Shown here one piece after another: positions 59,563 to 64,000 of a DNA stretch of 64,000 nt. The stretch comes from an uncultured Candidatus Saccharibacteria bacterium (GTDB lineage Bacteria; Patescibacteriota; Minisyncoccia; Minisyncoccales; CSSED10-335). The notes under the pieces were generated by a model. The model saw nothing but the letters and a program-made list of their open reading frames with translations, searched no databases and had not been told where the DNA came from. Positions within the stretch are counted from its first letter, which is position 1; every line of letters starts with the position of its first letter. Made by a program: the position numbers and the translations under genes. The DNA is taken from positions 28,086-92,085 of the forward strand of contig CAZPFW010000001.1 of assembly GCA_964586065.1 (NCBI GenBank), written 5' to 3'.

Positions 59563-60618
59563 TTAGTCAATTTCATCACGATTTTTCGGTGAAGAGATTT
59601 TTTCAACACCAGGATCAATTGATTTTCCGGAGATGTTGTAAAGATCTTTGTCTATTCTATGAAATTGTCCAACTGCGCGATTATAATGATTCACCGCCGC
59701 TCCCATCGATTTGCCCAAAGAATCCATTGATTTTTGATAAGTTGACAGATGCTTGGATAGCTCGTCTACTCTCTTTAATATCAATTGAGCCGATTCCTCT
59801 ATCTTCATCGCTTTTAGTCCCTGTAAAACTGTTTGCAAATAAGCCAGAAACGATGTTGGAGATACGATAATCACTTTATACTTTCTTACCGCCAATTGTA
59901 AGAGATTTTCAGTGTCTTGAGTTATTGGCCCAATCTTGTTAACCAAGAGATCATAATAGATTGCCTCGTGAGGTATGAACATGAAGGCGAAATCTGTAGT
60001 TCCCTCTTTAGGTTGTATATATTTCGCAGTTTCAATAATTCTATTCTTAAGATCGGAGATAAAAGCTTTTTCCAATCTTTCTTTTTCATAATCATCTTTG
60101 GCTTCGCTTATTCGATTGTAATTTTCAAGTGAAAATTTTGAATCAATCGGGATAATCAATTGATCTTTCAAAAATATCACAGCATCAACCACGGTGCCAT
60201 CTGAAAATGAATATTGAGTTTGATAAATTCCCGAAGGTAAAACATTTTGTAAAAGAGTTTCGAGATAGAATTCTCCGATCATTCCTCTTTGCTTCGGGTT
60301 CTTTAACATCTCTTGAAGATTTCTTAACTGATCGGTGACGTTTAAAACTTGTTTTTGACTCTCACCCAATTTAACTAGTTCCTCAGTTACCCCTTTTATA
60401 AGCTGAGAACTCTCTCTTGATTGTTTTTGGACACCTTCAACAGCCCTCCATAAACCGTCTCCAACATCTTTTCTCATCGCCTCAATGTCTTGTTTTAGGT
60501 AATTGATTGAATCATAACTTGATCCTCGTCGAAGCTCTCTTTTAATAAAGAAAATAACTCCTATTGCAAAGAGAAACATCAAGATCGCTATGATTATAAT
60601 AAAAGTAAATTCGTTCAT
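59563..60618 (-). CDS. rmuC: DNA recombination protein RmuC
   Basis: NPKQRG..GE..LE, IDSKF, DFAFMFIP.E, VSPT. Confidence 0.92.
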   Translation of the reverse strand: MNEFTFIIIIAILMFLFAIGVIFFIKRELRRGSSYDSINYLKQDIEAMRKDVGDGLWRAVEGVQKQSRESSQLIKGVTEELVKLGESQKQVLNVTDQLRNLQEMLKNPKQRGMIGEFYLETLLQNVLPSGIYQTQYSFSDGTVVDAVIFLKDQLIIPIDSKFSLENYNRISEAKDDYEKERLEKAFISDLKNRIIETAKYIQPKEGTTDFAFMFIPHEAIYYDLLVNKIGPITQDTENLLQLAVRKYKVIIVSPTSFLAYLQTVLQGLKAMKIEESAQLILKRVDELSKHLSTYQKSMDSLGKSMGAAVNHYNRAVGQFHRIDKDLYNISGKSIDPGVEKISSPKNRDEID

Positions 60619-61583
60619 TAACTTATCAGTATCTCTATTATAACAAAAGAGGTGTAAAGAGAAAGAAGAATTATTCCTTCTTTAGCCGTTATCCTCTTAC
60701 CGCTTCTGACAAATAGCAGAAAAAGAAGACCGCATATGATCAAGAAGAAACGGGCAATGCAAAACGACGTCTTGTCGCCCATACCTATCGTTATGGGACA
60801 AATCAGAGCCACCGTACCTAAAACAAGGGTTGAAGACATCGCCACCGCTCCCATCAATACGCCCAATATCATCCATGATTGCCCTTTGCGTGCCAAAGAT
60901 ATTGAGAAGTAGGTTTCTGGAATTCCCACACCAACAGCAACAATCAAGATTCCGATAAGCGGTATCGACATCTCCATCGCTTCCGAAAAGAATTTGGACG
61001 ATTCCACTATTCCTTGAGCACTTAAAACAACGATTAAAAAACCTCCAAAAATAATTCCAACACTTTTTAGGAAAGAGATAACCCCTTTCTTGTTATTCTG
61101 ATTACTTTCAGTCTCTTCATAAATCTTAGTGAACCTCTCTTTTTTTGAAAAAAGCCAATATATGAAGAAGAAGAAGAAAATTAAGAGAATGAGTCCGTCT
61201 TGACGAGAAAGATCTCCATCAAAAATCAGGATCAACGGTAAAATGGCAGCCATAACGGCAAAAGTTGATCCAGCTTTCACAGTCTTACTGTCAACTTTAA
61301 TTCCATTCCTCAATATTAAAGCGCAAAGACCAACCGTAAAAGAGAAAAGGAGAACGTTTTGTCCCAATATGTTGCCAAAAGATAATTCCGGAACTCTATT
61401 TATCGCAGATATGATCCCTATGAAAAATTCTGGAGCAATGGCTCCGATTGAAGCAGTGAAAGCAACAACAAACTCTTTCCAACCCAAATACTTTGCCACC
61501 CTGCTCAAAGAATCAATCAACCATTTAGTCGATGAAACCAAAAAAAAGCAAGAAACCAAAAAAATTACTATGTAAAGTATCAT
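60618..61583 (-). CDS. Sodium:calcium antiporter (CaCA/YrbG family)
   Basis: Two alpha repeats (APE..GNILGQN; GIPE), multiple TMs. Confidence 0.85.
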   Translation of the reverse strand: MILYIVIFLVSCFFLVSSTKWLIDSLSRVAKYLGWKEFVVAFTASIGAIAPEFFIGIISAINRVPELSFGNILGQNVLLFSFTVGLCALILRNGIKVDSKTVKAGSTFAVMAAILPLILIFDGDLSRQDGLILLIFFFFFIYWLFSKKERFTKIYEETESNQNNKKGVISFLKSVGIIFGGFLIVVLSAQGIVESSKFFSEAMEMSIPLIGILIVAVGVGIPETYFSISLARKGQSWMILGVLMGAVAMSSTLVLGTVALICPITIGMGDKTSFCIARFFLIICGLLFLLFVRSGKRITAKEGIILLSLYTSFVIIEILIS

Positions 61584-62692
61584 TTGCATAAGAAGAAGCT
61601 TATTATTTCTGAAAAGACTCCGAGAATTAATATCAGAATAACGGGATAAACTATGAACCTAACCGAAAGAGAAGACAATTTTTTGTATATCAACGAAACG
61701 ATTATTCCGTCTATGGCTAGCATTATTCCTCCTACAAAACCTATGACTTGAATGAAATCCTTAATACCTAAAAAGTAGAGTGAAATTGGAACAAAAGATG
61801 CTATCGCCCATGATAATTTTTCATTGATTTTCAAATCATGCCAAAGCATTTTTTTAAGAGTGAGTCCTAAAGCAATAAAAGAAGTGAAAGTGGTGATGAT
61901 CGCCATTGATAATATCAGATATGTTAGATTTGCTCCCAAAGATTTGTTCAGAAAGGAAAGTGCATCGGGAGGAGTCTCATTTCCGCTCAATCCAAGTATT
62001 AATACGATAAAGAGGAGATAGACTATCATCGGTAAGATAACCGCAAAAGGGATTATCTTTTTCAGGTAGTTAGACTTTTCTTTAAGAACTTCTTCAGCTT
62101 CCGGAACCAAACTTACACCCCAAAGAGAAAAGAGAACAACCCCGAAAGGAAGTAGAAAAAATGAAGGATTGGATTCGAAGATCAATTGAGAGAAGTCAAT
62201 TTGACTGCCACCTTTTACAAAAAGAGCGACTAACGATACGAAGAGAAGAATTAATCCTCCCAATTGAACTTTATCAATCGCTTTTATTCCAAAAAAGATT
62301 AAAATCGCTCCTATCGCAAAGTATATTATGGTATAGAAAGTTTCCCCCACCCCAAAAAAAGGGGCAAATATCGCTTGGAGAAACTTTCCTCCGAGGATAA
62401 GATAAGCCAAGTTTGAGCCTAAAACGCTCAATACTCCCGATATCAGCGCTATCTTGTAAGCCTTTTTACCCAAATGATATTTGGCAAAACCGGGCAACCT
62501 AATGTAATTAGGTGTTTTAAGCGCAGCATCGGCGAAAAAATAATGGACCAAGATTGATACTAACCCCAAAACAACAAAATAGATCGCCATCACGAATGGG
62601 TTGGTCTTTAATGTAAGATAGGGCAGAGCGAAGAAGCCTGCCCCAATTATAGTCCCTGATATAATTGAAAAAGCGTATGCGATTCGTATCAT
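61580..62692 (-). CDS. Aromatic amino acid permease family protein
   Basis: GTIIGAGFFALP, about 11 TMs. Confidence 0.85.
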   Translation of the reverse strand: MIRIAYAFSIISGTIIGAGFFALPYLTLKTNPFVMAIYFVVLGLVSILVHYFFADAALKTPNYIRLPGFAKYHLGKKAYKIALISGVLSVLGSNLAYLILGGKFLQAIFAPFFGVGETFYTIIYFAIGAILIFFGIKAIDKVQLGGLILLFVSLVALFVKGGSQIDFSQLIFESNPSFFLLPFGVVLFSLWGVSLVPEAEEVLKEKSNYLKKIIPFAVILPMIVYLLFIVLILGLSGNETPPDALSFLNKSLGANLTYLILSMAIITTFTSFIALGLTLKKMLWHDLKINEKLSWAIASFVPISLYFLGIKDFIQVIGFVGGIMLAIDGIIVSLIYKKLSSLSVRFIVYPVILILILGVFSEIISFFLCK

Positions 62693-62696
62693 ATTT

Positions 62697-62772
62697 TGGC
62701 GGCCCCAAGGGGAGTCGAACCCCTGTTACCGGGCTGAGAACCCGGCGTCCTAGGCCACTAGACGATGGGGCC
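62697..62772 (-). tRNA. tRNA-Glu(CUC)
   Basis: GGCCCCA/TGGGGCC acceptor, CCGGG-TTCTCAG-CCCGG anticodon arm, GGTTCGACTCC, encoded CCA. Confidence 0.96.
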
Positions 62773-62799
62773 AAAAAGAAAGGGGGTGGTTAATTTTTT

Positions 62800-63171
62800 T
62801 TAGGCAACAAACTCTACCTCCTTCAACACCTTTTCAAAATCTTGACGCTCTCTTATCCTTAAAAGGATAACTCGAGCAATTTCAAACTCTCTGGGCAATT
62901 GAATTCTGTGATGATCTTCTCTCTTTTGGTCAATTTTATCGATAATTTTATCAAGTTCTTCTATGTGTAGTTTACTTTCATTGATAAATCCATAGATGGA
63001 CATTCTAAAAAAGCAGAGATTTTTAATATATTTCGATAAAAGGTCGGATTTCCTGCTCAATAATTCTTTTATCACCGCAAAATCTTCTTCACGAATCGGT
63101 TCAACAGTTGATTTTAGATGATTAAGAGAAGAAGCAGGTCTTCTGAAACTTCTTCTTTTCAATAGAACCAC
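62800..63171 (-). CDS. Hypothetical protein
   Basis: GTG start after AAGGAAAGGAA; fills the gap; no recognised motif. Confidence 0.65.
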   Translation of the reverse strand: MVLLKRRSFRRPASSLNHLKSTVEPIREEDFAVIKELLSRKSDLLSKYIKNLCFFRMSIYGFINESKLHIEELDKIIDKIDQKREDHHRIQLPREFEIARVILLRIRERQDFEKVLKEVEFVA

Positions 63172-63222
63172 TTCCTTTCCTTACACCACCCCCACTGCAA
63201 AATAAAAGTACTGATGATGATT

Positions 63223-63825
63223 TTAGCAAAGATTCTTCTTTTTGTAAATTGAGTTTAATCTTTGAGAAATCCAAACTAAATTTAACCCGATTGTGACTCC
63301 GGTCCTTATAACCAACATCAGATCAATAATCTCATCTCTATCAAGCTCTTTGTTGATCCAAAAAGGTATCGTATCTCCTCCATGATTAATTTTAAAATTA
63401 GTCTCTTTATCTACATTCAGATCACTGACCCAAAGATCAAAACGATCATCAAATCCGGTACTCAGTAAGGAATTTGAAAAATCGTTTCGTCTTAAAAATT
63501 TAGTAGCTCCTTCATCCGTAATGACAAAACTTTTGACAAACTTGAAAGCCAACTCAAGATCTATATTTTCTCCTTTCAATATTAAGACGGGTAATGAGGA
63601 ATTATTAATCAAGAAAGGGAGATTTGATAGATAATCATCGTCTTGAGATTTTATTAAAAAGATTCTGTCTTTTGTAAAAGAAAAAGAGTCCCTTTTTTTA
63701 AATCGAAAATCGGAATCCTTTAAAAGATTAAATATAAGATCAATTATTCCACTGTCCGACTCCGCTATAATCGTTATTAAGATCGGTTTCTTGAAAAAGT
63801 ATGCTATTTTGTATAAAAAGTTCAT
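63223..63825 (-). CDS. Degenerate Mur-ligase (MurF-like) central domain protein
   Basis: Coupled to ftsI; KP..I.I start, TNFKI...G..IPFW, G..IG.N..I pattern; no GKT loop. Confidence 0.5.
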   Translation of the reverse strand: MNFLYKIAYFFKKPILITIIAESDSGIIDLIFNLLKDSDFRFKKRDSFSFTKDRIFLIKSQDDDYLSNLPFLINNSSLPVLILKGENIDLELAFKFVKSFVITDEGATKFLRRNDFSNSLLSTGFDDRFDLWVSDLNVDKETNFKINHGGDTIPFWINKELDRDEIIDLMLVIRTGVTIGLNLVWISQRLNSIYKKKNLC

Positions 63826-64000
63826 TCTTCCGTCCTCTCCGGAGGTATTTGATAATAATCTACTATATACTTTGCAAGCTCTCCAAATATGGGAGCTGCG
63901 GAATATTCAGAAGTCTGTGCTCTTGGATTGTCAAGTTTAACCAATATTATGAAAGAAGGATCAAATGCCGGGGCATAACCTATAAAACTTTGAATTGTTT
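63822..64000 (-). CDS. ftsI: Class B penicillin-binding protein, C-terminal end (partial)
   Basis: Read manually: TIQSFIGYAPAFDPSFIILVKLDNP..SAAPIFGELAKYIVDYYQIPP. Confidence 0.8.
   Translation of the reverse strand, partial: TIQSFIGYAPAFDPSFIILVKLDNPRAQTSEYSAAPIFGELAKYIVDYYQIPPERTEE

Noticed and set aside
237-62400. Numerous short antisense or nested ORFs in the track (e.g. 26030-26644, 12404-12859, 32695-33132, 40119-40478)
   Set aside because: Overlap well-supported genes; no motifs or expression signals
62517-62774. 85-aa ORF MAPSSSGLGRR...
   Set aside because: Translation of tRNA-Glu plus an out-of-frame permease segment
1-64000. CRISPR array, DGR/retron, prophage, IS or integron
   Set aside because: No spaced direct repeats, reverse transcriptase, integrase, transposase or phage structural genes seen; the Cas4-like nuclease has no cas context
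1-64000. Alternative genetic code (UGA = Gly)
   Set aside because: Conserved genes are full length under code 11 and several end at TGA

Overview
AT-rich, gene-dense bacterial chromosome segment read with the standard genetic code. The reduced gene set, short or SD-less leaders, pilin-LamG gene and lineage-typical hypotheticals point to Patescibacteria/CPR (Parcubacteria-like); this is an inference. It is mostly housekeeping: thrS, tig, murC, fmt, efp, truB, rel, obg, xseAB, uvrBAC, dnaX, engB, cysS, dnaB (with a 193-aa mini-intein), recR, rplU, rmuC, an ftsI 3' end, tRNA-Gln(UUG) and tRNA-Glu(CUC). DNA-repair genes are unusually numerous. I found no CRISPR array, integrase, transposase or reverse transcriptase. 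The most interesting signals are non-coding or below the ORF cutoff. (1) A T-box riboswitch sits before thrS. (2) A recurring class of small orphan genes has a consensus promoter with a 16-bp spacer, a boxA-like element, a strong SD, and a 3' end complementary to its own 5' leader. (3) An AAGGTCGA leader motif precedes two acidic membrane microproteins. (4) Several microproteins are unannotated, including a stand-alone ZAS-type zinc finger. (5) A split ferritin-like pair heads a MacAB-type operon. (6) UvrB and UvrC have both lost their UVR domains. (7) A pilin-LamG gene is internally deleted. (8) An islet next to tRNA-Gln holds two genes, each broken by one missing A.
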